Shown here: piece by piece, positions 32,782 to 42,248 of the stretch
Position numbering within the stretch: position 1 is the first letter of the stretch
Layout of the letters: every line of letters starts with the position of its first letter
Assembly: GCA_963763775.1 (NCBI GenBank)
Contig: CAVXPZ010000001.1
Coordinates: 96,001 to 160,000 of the forward strand
Length of the DNA stretch: 64,000 nucleotides
Direction of reading: 5' to 3'
Source of the DNA: an uncultured Chloroflexia bacterium
GTDB taxonomy: Bacteria > Chloroflexota > Limnocylindria > Limnocylindrales > CSP1-4
Translations under genes and position numbers: made by a program
Notes under the pieces: generated by a model
The model's input: only the letters and a program-made list of their open reading frames with translations
Database searches by the model: none
What the model was told of the DNA's origin: nothing

Positions 32782-33831
32782 TCAGGCGATGCTCGACGTC
32801 GCCCAGAGGTTGACCTCGCTCTCGACGGCGTGGCGGTCGATCTCGGCGAGTTCCTCGTCGGTGAAGCCCAGGCCGTCGAGCGCCTTCAGGCTGTCCTCGA
32901 GCTGCGCGACCGAACTGGCCCCCACGAGCGCCGATGTGACGCGGTCGTCGCGGAGGATCCACGCGAGGGCCATCTGGGCGAGTGACTGGCCACGACGCTT
33001 GGCGATCGCATCCAGCGCCCGCACGCGGGCGAGGTTCTCGTCGGTGAGCATCCCCGGGTCGAGCGACTTCCCGGCGGACGCGCGCGAGCCTTCGGGGATC
33101 CCGCCGAGGTACCGGTCCGTGAGCATGCCCTGGGCCAGGGGAGAGAACGCGATCATCCCGATCCCCTCGGTGCCAAGGACGTCCAGGAGGCCGCCCTCCG
33201 CCCAGCGGTTCAGCATCGAATACGACGGCTGATGGATCAGGAGGGGCGTGCCGAGGTCACGCAGGATGCCCGCGGCGACGGTCGTTCGCTCGGCCGAGTA
33301 CGACGAGATCCCGGCATACCTGGCCTTGCCCTGGCGGACGGCCGTGTCAAGCGCGCCCATCGTCTCCTCGATCGGCGTCAGCGGGTCGACGCGGTGCGAG
33401 TAGAAGATGTCGACGTGGTCGACGCCCATGCGGGCGAGGCTCTGGTCCAGGCTTGCGAGGAGGTACTTGCGCGAGCCGTGGTTCCCGTATGGGCCCGACC
33501 ACATGTCGTAGCCGGCCTTCGTCGAGAGCACGATCTCGTCTCGGTACGCGCCGAGGTCCTTGGCGAAGATGCGTCCGAAGTTCTCCTCGGCCGAGCCGTA
33601 AGGCGGTCCGTAGTTGTTGGCCAGGTCGAAGTGCGTGACGCCCAGGTCGAAGGCGCGACGGACGATCGCGCGCTGCGTCGCGAACGGCTTGTCGTCGCCG
33701 AAGTTGTGCCAGAGGCCGAGCGAGATCGCGGGGAGCTGCAGCCCGCTGCGACCGACGCGGCGATAGGGGATGGCGTCGTATCGGTCGGACGCCGCGACGT
33801 AGGGCGGTCGCTCAGTGGGCGGCAGGGTCAT
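32782..33831 (-). CDS. Aldo/keto reductase (L-glyceraldehyde 3-phosphate reductase/YghZ-like)
   Basis: SLGLWHNFG, FDLANNYGPPYGSAEE, STKAGY, IHQPSYSM. Confidence 0.93.
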   Translation of the reverse strand: MTLPPTERPPYVAASDRYDAIPYRRVGRSGLQLPAISLGLWHNFGDDKPFATQRAIVRRAFDLGVTHFDLANNYGPPYGSAEENFGRIFAKDLGAYRDEIVLSTKAGYDMWSGPYGNHGSRKYLLASLDQSLARMGVDHVDIFYSHRVDPLTPIEETMGALDTAVRQGKARYAGISSYSAERTTVAAGILRDLGTPLLIHQPSYSMLNRWAEGGLLDVLGTEGIGMIAFSPLAQGMLTDRYLGGIPEGSRASAGKSLDPGMLTDENLARVRALDAIAKRRGQSLAQMALAWILRDDRVTSALVGASSVAQLEDSLKALDGLGFTDEELAEIDRHAVESEVNLWATSSIA

Positions 33832-33902
33832 CGGGGTCTCCTCGGATGGTGCGTCGACCCCACGATAGCGCGGCCCGGCCGCGTCGCGCGCGACGCGGGG
33901 CG

Positions 33903-34613
33903 CTATCGCTCCAGCGAGCGGCCGATCGGTGCTCGGCCCGCTCCGGGGGACCCTGCCCGCGTGATCGAGAGCACGACCCGGTAGGTCAGCAGGAAGACGA
34001 CCACCACGGTCGAGCCGACGTAGATCCACCATGCCCATGGCGTCCCGCTGTCCGTCCCGGCGAGCAGGCCGTGCGCCGTCGCGCCGAGGAACGCGAGGAA
34101 GGTCACGTAGTGGAGCGTCCGCCAGGCGCGCTGCCCGATCTGCCGTCGGACATAGAAGCTCCCGACCACGATGGCCATCAGGTAGAACGCCACCTGGCCG
34201 GCCGCGACCCAGAGCGGGGCGTGCGGGGCGAGACCCGGCACGGCGATCTGCGCAAGCGTGAACGGCACGGTCTTGTCGAGCGCGAGGAGCATCCCGTGCA
34301 CGGCCGCCAGGCCGAGCCCGACGCTCGCGAGATCCTGGTGGAGCGCGAACGTGATCGGCCGATGCGCGATGGCGTCGAGGAGCTTGGTCGACAGCAGCAG
34401 GCCATACACGACCGAGCCGGCCATCGCGCCGTACGCGAGGAACGCGAAAAGCCGCTCGAAGACCCACGGGAGCATCGAGCGGTTGGTGTCCCATGTCGCG
34501 ACGAGCGCGCTCGCCGCCTTCGGGCCGGTCGCGCCGATGACGATCCCGGCCGCGATCGCGAGGAGGCCCCAGCGGAGCCAACGCGTGCGCGGGTCCAGGC
34601 CGCGGAAGGTCAT
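33903..34613 (-). CDS. Ferric-reductase-like (MsrQ-like) membrane cytochrome b
   Basis: About 6 TM helices with four candidate heme His (ALHQ, AVHG, TLHY, TAHG); WRTLHY. Confidence 0.82.
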   Translation of the reverse strand: MTFRGLDPRTRWLRWGLLAIAAGIVIGATGPKAASALVATWDTNRSMLPWVFERLFAFLAYGAMAGSVVYGLLLSTKLLDAIAHRPITFALHQDLASVGLGLAAVHGMLLALDKTVPFTLAQIAVPGLAPHAPLWVAAGQVAFYLMAIVVGSFYVRRQIGQRAWRTLHYVTFLAFLGATAHGLLAGTDSGTPWAWWIYVGSTVVVVFLLTYRVVLSITRAGSPGAGRAPIGRSLER

Positions 34614-35658
34614 GCCAGCCACCGCATCGTCGCCGGGTGGATGAGCAGCTCGTGATCGACGGTCAGCAACAGGGCGCCGTCGACGCCGTCACGGTCGAGG
34701 AAGTCGGCCGCGGCGATCGAGCCGAGGATCACGGCCGCCTTGGCGAGAGCCTCCGCCTCCCGCGCGGTCCGCGCCAGGACCGTGGCCTGGACGATATCGG
34801 TGACGGCCGGGCGCCCGGTCCGTGGGTCGATCAGGTGATGGGACGGCCTCGTCGCGTCGCCCCAGCGGTGGACGCTGGTCCCGGATGTGGCCAGCCCGAA
34901 TCGTCCGTCGTCTCCGCGGGCGGCCTCGCCACGACACGTCAGATCGAGGACGGCGACGTCCCGGCCGTCGACGCGGGGATCGGCGATGCCGAACGACCAC
35001 GCCGTCGCGGGCCCGAGACGGATGGCGATATCGCCGTCGGCGTCGACGACCGCACTCGGGTACGAGGCCAGCCGGTCGATGGCGCGGTCGGCGAGCCAGC
35101 CCTTGCCGACACCGTCCAGATCGAACCGGAGACCGACGGGTCGACGGACGTTCGCGCCCCTGGGCTGCCGCTCGAAGGACCACGATCTCGAGGCGGGCGA
35201 AGCGCGGTCCGGGTCTGCCCGCCCGGTCGAAGCGTCCCACTCTCTCGGGCGTTCTGCCGCGAGTCGGGCCTCGAGGAGTCCGATGTCGACGATCCCGCCC
35301 GTCAGGCCCTCGGCATATCGCCCCCAGTCGAGGACCGCCGCGAGGGTCGGACCGACCGGGACCGTGGTGCGCGGGTCGTCGTTGAGCCGGCTGAGCTCGG
35401 ACGCGGCGGAGAAACGCGTCAGGCGGTCGGCCCAGGCGGAGATGCGATGGAGCATCCGATCGGCGTCGGCCGCCGTCGCAGCGGACCTCGGCTGCGGCGT
35501 CCGTCGTGTCGCCGGGCGGCTCGAGATGCACGCCGACGCGACCACCCATCGCTGCGGCGGACCTCGAGACGACGTCGGGCGGCAGCGGCCGCGAGGCCGG
35601 ACGGACAGCCGCGAGATCCGGCTGGTCGGATCGACACGTCCCTCGTCGCGCCGGTCAT
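34610..35658 (-). CDS. apbE: FAD:protein FMN transferase (ApbE family; 5' frameshifts)
   Basis: SELSRLN, DLDGVGKGWLAD, DADGD, LATSG, HHLIDPRTG. Confidence 0.88.
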
Positions 35659-36128
35659 GGCTTGCCGGACTGCTTCGTCGTGACGACGACGACCCTCGGC
35701 TTCGGTGCCGGCGCCTGCTTGACCATCGCCTTGGGCGGTGCCGTCTGGCCTGGCTTGAGCTGCACGTACTGGAGCACGTGCCGCACGTGGACGGGGTCGG
35801 GCGTCCCGGCGGGCACGACCGTGACCGTGGTCGTCGCGGCGGTCCCCGCGTCCGCGCCGGTGGCCGGGCCGAGGAATGCCGTCATCAGGGCACTCGCGGT
35901 CGCCAGCCCGGTCACGCCGAGCGCGATCCTGAGCGGTCCCGGATCCGGCCTCGGCTTCCGGGTGGACGGCGCCACGCCGACGCGGTGCGTCGGGAGATCG
36001 CCACGCACGGCCGGGAGCGGCCGGCGACCGGCAGGAGGCGCTGTCGGGCGGGTCGGGAGGGGCCGGGCCATCGGCGCCGCCGTACGCCCGAGCTCCCGCG
36101 GCCGGCCGCCGGATCGAAGGTCGCTCAC
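35655..36128 (-). CDS. Single-TM hypothetical protein ending ..VVTTKQSGKP
   Basis: TM segment; ATGA overlap with apbE. Confidence 0.7.
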   Translation of the reverse strand: MSDLRSGGRPRELGRTAAPMARPLPTRPTAPPAGRRPLPAVRGDLPTHRVGVAPSTRKPRPDPGPLRIALGVTGLATASALMTAFLGPATGADAGTAATTTVTVVPAGTPDPVHVRHVLQYVQLKPGQTAPPKAMVKQAPAPKPRVVVVTTKQSGKP

Positions 36129-36129
36129 G

Positions 36130-36429
36130 TCAGTCGTCCCCGCCGGACTCGTGCTCGCCGTCGTCGCCGCCGGACGTCTTGACGACCTTGTGGACCGTGA
36201 TCGTCTTCTGCTTCGGCGCGGGCTTGACGTAGATGGTGTCGACCTGGACGGTCGGCATCGCGTCCGGCGCGGCGGCGTCCGCAGCTGCGGGATCGGCGGC
36301 GATCGGGCTTGCCGAGCTGCCGGTGGTGACAGCCGGGGAGCCGGGCGCGAACCCGGCGGCGGCGAGGGCCAGCGCGAGCGTCAGAGCGGCGACGGCCGAG
36401 GCGGCGGTCAGGGCGAGTTTCTGGAGCAT
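36130..36429 (-). CDS. Small secreted protein with acidic/His tail
   Basis: Signal peptide, VVKTSGGDDGEHESGGDD; GGAGG RBS. Confidence 0.75.
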   Translation of the reverse strand: MLQKLALTAASAVAALTLALALAAAGFAPGSPAVTTGSSASPIAADPAAADAAAPDAMPTVQVDTIYVKPAPKQKTITVHKVVKTSGGDDGEHESGGDD

Positions 36430-36569
36430 CGGTCCTCCGTTGGGATCGCGGGTGTGTGCTCACAGCCTCGGTCGCACCGGTTGGCCTCCCGTGTGCCCGA
36501 GATGAGAAGCTGCAAAGACAGGCCATCAGGACCTCGACGAGCCACGCCTCGGCGCCCAGACTGCGGCGC

Positions 36570-37244
36570 ATGCGCATCCTCGTGGTCGAAGACGAACCGA
36601 AGATGGCGGGCCTGATCCGGCGCGTCCTGGTCGCCGAGCGGCATGTCGTCGAAGTCGCCCCGGACGGGGTGTCGGCCATCGCCCTGGCCGAAGCGGAGGG
36701 GTTCGACGTGATCGTCCTCGACCGCATGCTGCCCGACGTCGACGGACTGACCGTCCTCCGGTTACTGCGGACGAAGGGCATCAGGACGCCCGTCCTGCTG
36801 CTCACCGCGCTGGGCTCGGTCGAGGAGCGCGTCGCCGGTCTCGACGCCGGTGCCGACGACTACCTGCCCAAGCCGTTCTCCTTCGCCGAACTCGTCGCCC
36901 GCATCCGGGCGCTCGGGCGCCGTCCGGTGAGCGCCGAGGAGCAACGCCTGATCGCGGGCGACCTCGAGCTCGACGAGCTGCGGCATGCCGTGCAAGTCGG
37001 CGACCGTGCCGTGGACCTTTCCGCCCGCGAGTACGCCCTGCTGGGATACCTCATCCGGCATGCCGGCCAGGTGGTCACGCGGCATCAGATCCTCGACGCT
37101 GTCTGGGGTGCCGAGCCCGACGTCTACTCGAACGTGGTCGACCTGTACGTGCACTACCTCCGGCGCAAGCTCGCCGAGCTGGACCGTGCCGACCGGCTGC
37201 GGACGGTGCGCGGCGTGGGGTACACCCTGCGCGCTGGCGCATGA
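36570..37244 (+). CDS. OmpR-family response regulator
   Basis: ILVVEDE, GADDYLPKPF, NVVDLYVHYLRRK, TVRGVGY. Confidence 0.95.
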   Translation: MRILVVEDEPKMAGLIRRVLVAERHVVEVAPDGVSAIALAEAEGFDVIVLDRMLPDVDGLTVLRLLRTKGIRTPVLLLTALGSVEERVAGLDAGADDYLPKPFSFAELVARIRALGRRPVSAEEQRLIAGDLELDELRHAVQVGDRAVDLSAREYALLGYLIRHAGQVVTRHQILDAVWGAEPDVYSNVVDLYVHYLRRKLAELDRADRLRTVRGVGYTLRAGA

Positions 37245-37284
37245 CCGACGGATCGGCCGCGTCCGGGCGGCCGGTGCGAGCGCC

Positions 37285-38598
37285 ATGACCGATCCCACGG
37301 CGCGGCTGCTCTCCCGCACCCGTCGTCGGCTGTTCCTGGTGACGCTCGGCCTCGTGGCGCTCCTCGTCGTGGGCATCGGGGTGGCCTCCGCGGTCGTGAC
37401 CCTCCAGGCCCTCGATACCGCGGTGGATCAATCGTTGGCGGCGAGCGTCGATGGCGCGGTCTCGTCGCTGCACGACGGCCTCCCGTCGCCGGCCGAGGAG
37501 TCGGGCGACGGCGAGGAGGCGAACCTCGCCTCGTCGGATACGTTCCTGCTGGTGCTCGACCCGGGTGGGACCGTTGTGGCCAACCCATCCCGGGTCAACC
37601 TGCCCGGCCTCCCCGACGCCGTGGCGCTGGCTGCCGCGAAGGCGTCGCCGACCGGTCGAGACCTTCGGACCATCGATGCAGGTGGCTTCCCGGTCCGACT
37701 GCTCACGGCACGGATCACGCCCGACGAAAGCGGCGGGGCATCAGTCGGGTTCGTCCAGGGCGGGTTCCGCCTCACCCTGCACGACGAGCAGTCGGCGAGC
37801 ATCGTGGCCGCGGTCACGCTCGTGGGCATCGTGGGTCTGCTCGGGGCCGCGATCGTCACGCTCATCGTGACCGGACGGGCGCTGATCCCGATCCGACGCA
37901 GCTTCGACACCCAGCGCCGCTTCGTCGCCGACGCGTCCCACGAGCTGCGAACCCCGGCCGCGTTGATCCGCGCCAATGCGGACGTGATGGAGCGCGAGGG
38001 TCTCGTGACGCCGGACGGGCGCCCGCTCGTCGGCGACATCATCACCGAGGCGGACCGGCTGGCCAGGCTCGTCGGAGACCTGCTCCAGCTCGCCTCGACC
38101 GACGCCGCCGGGATCGTGATCGAGCGCGCACCGGTCGACGTCAGCGCCATCGCGACCGAGACGGTCCGGCAGGCCCAGGCCCTCGCGGCCGAACGTGGGG
38201 TCCGGCTCGAGGCCTCAGAGCCCGCGTCGGGCGACCCGCTCATCGTGGACGGGGACCGCGATCGTCTCGTGCAGCTCCTCCTCGTGCTCCTCGACAACGC
38301 GTTCGACCATTCGCCGCCGGGAGGGATCGTGACCGTGGGCGTTGCGCGGCATGGCCAGCTGGTGCAGCTGACGGTGGCGGACGCCGGTCCCGGCATCCCC
38401 GCGACCGAACGCGAGCGAGTCTTCGAGCCGTTCACCCGCCTTCCCGGCGTCCGGCGTGACCGGGCCGGAGGGACGGGGCTCGGGCTGGCCATCGCCCGCC
38501 GGATCGCGGCGGCGCACGCCGGGACGATCGTCGTCGACGACGCCCCCGGCGGCGGCGCCATGTTCGTCGTCCGCCTTCCGGCGCGGGTCGGCGCGTAG
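37285..38598 (+). CDS. Sensor histidine kinase
   Basis: Two TM helices, [20 protein letters not shown]. Confidence 0.92.
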   Translation: MTDPTARLLSRTRRRLFLVTLGLVALLVVGIGVASAVVTLQALDTAVDQSLAASVDGAVSSLHDGLPSPAEESGDGEEANLASSDTFLLVLDPGGTVVANPSRVNLPGLPDAVALAAAKASPTGRDLRTIDAGGFPVRLLTARITPDESGGASVGFVQGGFRLTLHDEQSASIVAAVTLVGIVGLLGAAIVTLIVTGRALIPIRRSFDTQRRFVADASHELRTPAALIRANADVMEREGLVTPDGRPLVGDIITEADRLARLVGDLLQLASTDAAGIVIERAPVDVSAIATETVRQAQALAAERGVRLEASEPASGDPLIVDGDRDRLVQLLLVLLDNAFDHSPPGGIVTVGVARHGQLVQLTVADAGPGIPATERERVFEPFTRLPGVRRDRAGGTGLGLAIARRIAAAHAGTIVVDDAPGGGAMFVVRLPARVGA

Positions 38599-38818
38599 GC
38601 TCCAGGCCCCGCCGGACACGGCGGCGACCACCGCGACCACGGCGATTGGCGAAGTCACATCCCCGACACACGACCCCCACATCGAGCGGCGTGACCGTGG
38701 ATGCCAGGACGAAGGTCATCCATCGGCCGCCTGAAGGTCGGGTCCGGTCCACGAAACCTCCCTTCGTCCGACCGCCTCGATGAAAGCATCGGGGTCATCG
38801 ATCAACGGGAGTCCCACC

Positions 38819-39109
38819 ATGGCCTACGTCATCGCGCAGCCCTGCATCGACCACAGCGACCAGACCTGCGTCTCGGTCTGTCCGGTCGACTGCATCAGCG
38901 GCGACCTGCGGGTCGACCGGAAGCTCTACATCGACCCGGACGCCTGCATCGACTGCGGGTCGTGCGAGTCGGCCTGTCCCAACTCGGCGATCTTCCGCGA
39001 GGACCAGCTCCCCACGGCATGGGCCGACTTCGCCTGGATCGACGCCGCCTGGTATCGCGACCCGGACGCCGCCCGCGAGGTCGTCGGCGAGTTCGAGCCC
39101 GCGGCCTGA
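38819..39109 (+). CDS. 7Fe-type dicluster ferredoxin
   Basis: C-x7-C-x3-CP and CIDCGSCESACP. Confidence 0.92.
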   Translation: MAYVIAQPCIDHSDQTCVSVCPVDCISGDLRVDRKLYIDPDACIDCGSCESACPNSAIFREDQLPTAWADFAWIDAAWYRDPDAAREVVGEFEPAA

Positions 39110-39110
39110 C

Positions 39111-39926
39111 GTGGAGATCGACGCCACGCTTCGGCGACCCCTCCCCGGTCGGCGGCCGCTGCCCGATCGGTCCTCGTTCCCCGGCCCCGTGACGATCCTC
39201 GCGAATGCCACCATCACGGAGCGCGACGATCTCACGGCCGGGATCGCGCGGTTCCGGATCCGCGCGGACGGCCCGCTGCCGCTCGTGGAGCCCGGCCAGT
39301 ACCTGACCCTCGGGCTCGTCGTCGACGGCCGGCTGATCCAACGGCCGTACTCGACGGCGACCGAAACCCGATCCGCGAGGGACCGCGACCTGGAGTTCCT
39401 GATCCGCCTCGTCCCGGACGGGGCGTTCACGCCGCGCCTCTGGTCCATGGCCGCCGGCGATCGCCTCCGGCTCGGTCCACCGAAAGGGCGGTTCACGCGG
39501 ATCGCGGGTGACCAGCGCACCCACTTGTTCGTCGCCACCGGGACGGGCCTGGCGCCGTTCGTGGCGATGCTGGCGGCGATGCGCCGCGATCCAGCCGCGC
39601 CACCTGCCGTCGTGGTCCACGGCGTCTCGACGACCGCCGAGCTGGCCTATCGCGCGCGCCTGGATCGATGGGCCGCCGATGGTCGCGTCGTCTACGAGCC
39701 GGCGATCTCGCGCCCGGACGACCCGTCGAACGCCGGGTGGTCTGGACGGATCGGTCGGGTCGCCGCGATCCTCGATGACGTCTGGACGACGCACAGGCTG
39801 TCGCCGGCGACCGCCGTGGCCTACTTCTGCGGCAACCCGGAGATGATCTCGGCCGGCGAGCGTCTCCTTCGGGATCGCGGTCTGTCGGAAGCCGCCATCC
39901 GCAGCGAGCACTACTGGCCCGCGTGA
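39111..39926 (+). CDS. Ferredoxin-NADP+ reductase-like flavoprotein
   Basis: PGQY, RPYS, ATGTGLAPF, YFCGNPEM, EHYW. Confidence 0.9.
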   Translation: MEIDATLRRPLPGRRPLPDRSSFPGPVTILANATITERDDLTAGIARFRIRADGPLPLVEPGQYLTLGLVVDGRLIQRPYSTATETRSARDRDLEFLIRLVPDGAFTPRLWSMAAGDRLRLGPPKGRFTRIAGDQRTHLFVATGTGLAPFVAMLAAMRRDPAAPPAVVVHGVSTTAELAYRARLDRWAADGRVVYEPAISRPDDPSNAGWSGRIGRVAAILDDVWTTHRLSPATAVAYFCGNPEMISAGERLLRDRGLSEAAIRSEHYWPA

Positions 39927-39973
39927 CCCGTTCCGCCTGCGCTGGTGCGTCGCCCTCGGTCGAGCGCGAACCG

Positions 39974-40006
39974 CGTCGATAGCCCGTTCGGCCTATTGCG
40001 GCCGCC
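39974..40006 (+). promoter_or_regulatory. Palindromic box CGATAG-N10-CTATTG, copy 2
   Basis: 28/33 identical to 23596-23628; just upstream of the GTG at 40035. Confidence 0.7.
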
Positions 40007-40034
40007 CTGTGCCTCGCGGCACGCTCGGGTCACC

Positions 40035-41579
40035 GTGAAGACCCTCGACTCGCCATCCGCCGATCACGACGCGGGTCCGTACGGCGTCGCCGTCGCCATC
40101 GAGCGCGCCACCGCGGCCATCCTCGCCGCCGACCCCCGGATGGACCCGCTGTTCCCGGTCGCCATGCTCCGCGGCAATGCCCTCGTCGGCCGCCCGATCG
40201 ACCCCGATGAGATGATCCGCGAGTGGGCCGTCCTCACGCCACGCTCGACCGGGGCGGTCCGCTATCCGTGGGCGCTGAACCCGAAGTTCGCGGGCCCCCG
40301 GCCGCCGTGGATCGGACCGGAGGCGTCGTGGATCCCATGGCGCCCGCGAGAGGCGGAGGTCGCGTCCCAGCCCGGGATGGCCGACCGCCTGGTCGAGTGG
40401 CTGCTCACGCCGATCATCGTGTCCGACAGTCTCGACCTGCTCTCGACCGTGGCGGACCGGGACGACGGCGTCGGCGCGATGGCCCGCGCCATGCTTCGCG
40501 CCGCGATGCCGAAGGCTCGTCGCGACGCGGCGACCTGGGTGCAGGAGACCCACGCCTGGACCGACACGTGGGCGCTGCGCGCGATCGCCCGCCGCCCTCG
40601 GACGATGCGCCTGCTGCATCCCTTCGCGATCGCGATCGCGGAGGCGTACGCGGAATCGGCTCGGGAGAGTGATGGTGTCGTGCTCGGGACCCGGTTCCCG
40701 CTCCATGCGCAGCCGCTGGTCTCCGGGAGCGCCCACCTGGCGGCGGGCCTCACCGCCCTCGGGCTGCATCCCAAGCTCGGCGGCCGCCTCATCGCCTGGG
40801 TCGGCGCCCGTCGCCAGGTCGACGGCGGGTTCGGCGACGCCGACGGACCCTCGGATCCGATGACGAGTCTGGTCGCCGCACAGGTCCTCTCGACGCTCGA
40901 CCCGGATTTCGACCCGCTGCCGACGGCCGAATGGCTCGCCCGCGCCCAGCGTCCGGACGGCTGGTGGTGCGCGTACGGCCCCGAGACGAGCTGGCTGACC
41001 GTCGAGGTCCTGGAGTGGCTTGGGCGTTCCGCCCGGCCGTTCGCCGAGCGCTTCGAGTGGCCGCACGTCGCGCTGACCGATCGCGATCGGCGGACCGGTC
41101 TGCCGTTCTACGGCTACTACGCTGACCTCGAGCGGCTCTTCGCCGAAGTCGATGGCCTGTCCGGTGCCCCGGTGGAGGTGGCGTTCATCGACCTTGCCGG
41201 CTTCGGCACGTTCAACAACGCGTACGGTATGGAGATGGGAGATCGCGTCCTCCGGTCGTTCGCGCAGGCGATCGCGGCCATCGACGGCTCGATCGCCCTC
41301 CGCGACGGAGGTGACGAGTTCATCGTCGTCGGCGCACCGACCGGATCGGGCCTGGCGGACCGCCTGACCGCCTTCCGCGTGGCCTGGCCGGCGCGACTCG
41401 CGGCCGAGTTCGGCGAGACCTCACCGGTCGCGCCACGGGTCTTGACCACGACGACCCTCGGACGCCGTCTGGTGGCCACCCGCACGGCGCTCGGCATCGA
41501 GATCGCCCACCTCAAGGCGGCACATCCGGCCGTCGGGGCGACCGGGATCCAGGTCGCGATGGTGCCGACGAGTGGCTAG
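40035..41579 (+). CDS. QW-motif (prenyltransferase/squalene-cyclase-like) helical region fused to a divergent GGDEF domain
   Basis: WVGARRQVDGGFG and WLARAQRPDGWW; DRRTGL, FIDLAGFGTFNNAYG..GDRVL, RDGGDEF. Confidence 0.75.
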   Translation: MKTLDSPSADHDAGPYGVAVAIERATAAILAADPRMDPLFPVAMLRGNALVGRPIDPDEMIREWAVLTPRSTGAVRYPWALNPKFAGPRPPWIGPEASWIPWRPREAEVASQPGMADRLVEWLLTPIIVSDSLDLLSTVADRDDGVGAMARAMLRAAMPKARRDAATWVQETHAWTDTWALRAIARRPRTMRLLHPFAIAIAEAYAESARESDGVVLGTRFPLHAQPLVSGSAHLAAGLTALGLHPKLGGRLIAWVGARRQVDGGFGDADGPSDPMTSLVAAQVLSTLDPDFDPLPTAEWLARAQRPDGWWCAYGPETSWLTVEVLEWLGRSARPFAERFEWPHVALTDRDRRTGLPFYGYYADLERLFAEVDGLSGAPVEVAFIDLAGFGTFNNAYGMEMGDRVLRSFAQAIAAIDGSIALRDGGDEFIVVGAPTGSGLADRLTAFRVAWPARLAAEFGETSPVAPRVLTTTTLGRRLVATRTALGIEIAHLKAAHPAVGATGIQVAMVPTSG

Positions 41580-41615
41580 GGGTCGTGTCGGTGTCGACGC
41601 CTGGGTCGTGATCCG

Positions 41616-42073
41616 CTAGTCGAGGCGGAGCGTCGGCGCCACGATCGAGCGCCATGGCCGGATCAGGATCTCGGCGATCTCGGGGTCGAGCTTCCGGGGA
41701 TCCACGAGGGCGCAGGCCGCGAACCGTGCGGCCCTGGCTGCCCCCCAGCCTGTCCCGGTCGCGCTCCGCCAGTACGCCCTCGTCCGCGAGCGGTTCGAGT
41801 CCGAGCGCCACCAACGACGTGTTGACCGCCGCCCACGAGCGAGCCCGCGCCGTGAGGCGGAGGTGGTAGGCCTCGCCGGTGGCGAGTTGCCCCCGGAGCA
41901 GGTCCCAGGCGATGAGCTGGACCGTGGCTCGCGGTCGCTCCGCGGTGTCGAGCCGAGCGATCTCGTCGGCGGTCAGGCGACCCGCGCGGACGATGACCTC
42001 CTCGGCCTCGGCCGACAGCCGGCCCACGGGTCGCGCGGGCGCTTGTTCGATCCAACCGTCCTTGATGGCCATG
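41616..42073 (-). CDS. Uncharacterised helical protein (paralog of 23852-24241; frameshift near 41775)
   Basis: VIVRAGRLTADEI; C-terminus AARAARFAACALVDPRKLDPEIAEILIRPWRSIV in a shifted frame. Confidence 0.7.
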
Positions 42074-42146
42074 GCCGACATCGTCGGACGCGCGGCGCCG
42101 ATCCTCAGCATCCCCCAGAGGTACCACCGGCTCTTGGCGCTCGACG

Positions 42147-42167
42147 TTTCAGCCGAAAGAGCTGATG
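42147..42167 (+). promoter_or_regulatory. Regulon box 1 (upstream of sulP)
   Basis: TTTCAGCCGAAAGAGCTGATG. Confidence 0.7.
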
Positions 42168-42248
42168 TCTCCTCGAGCACGCTCGCGCAATGTCGCCCTA
42201 CGTCTGCGGACGGACTGACCCCAGCCCGAACACGAGGAGAGGGACCCG

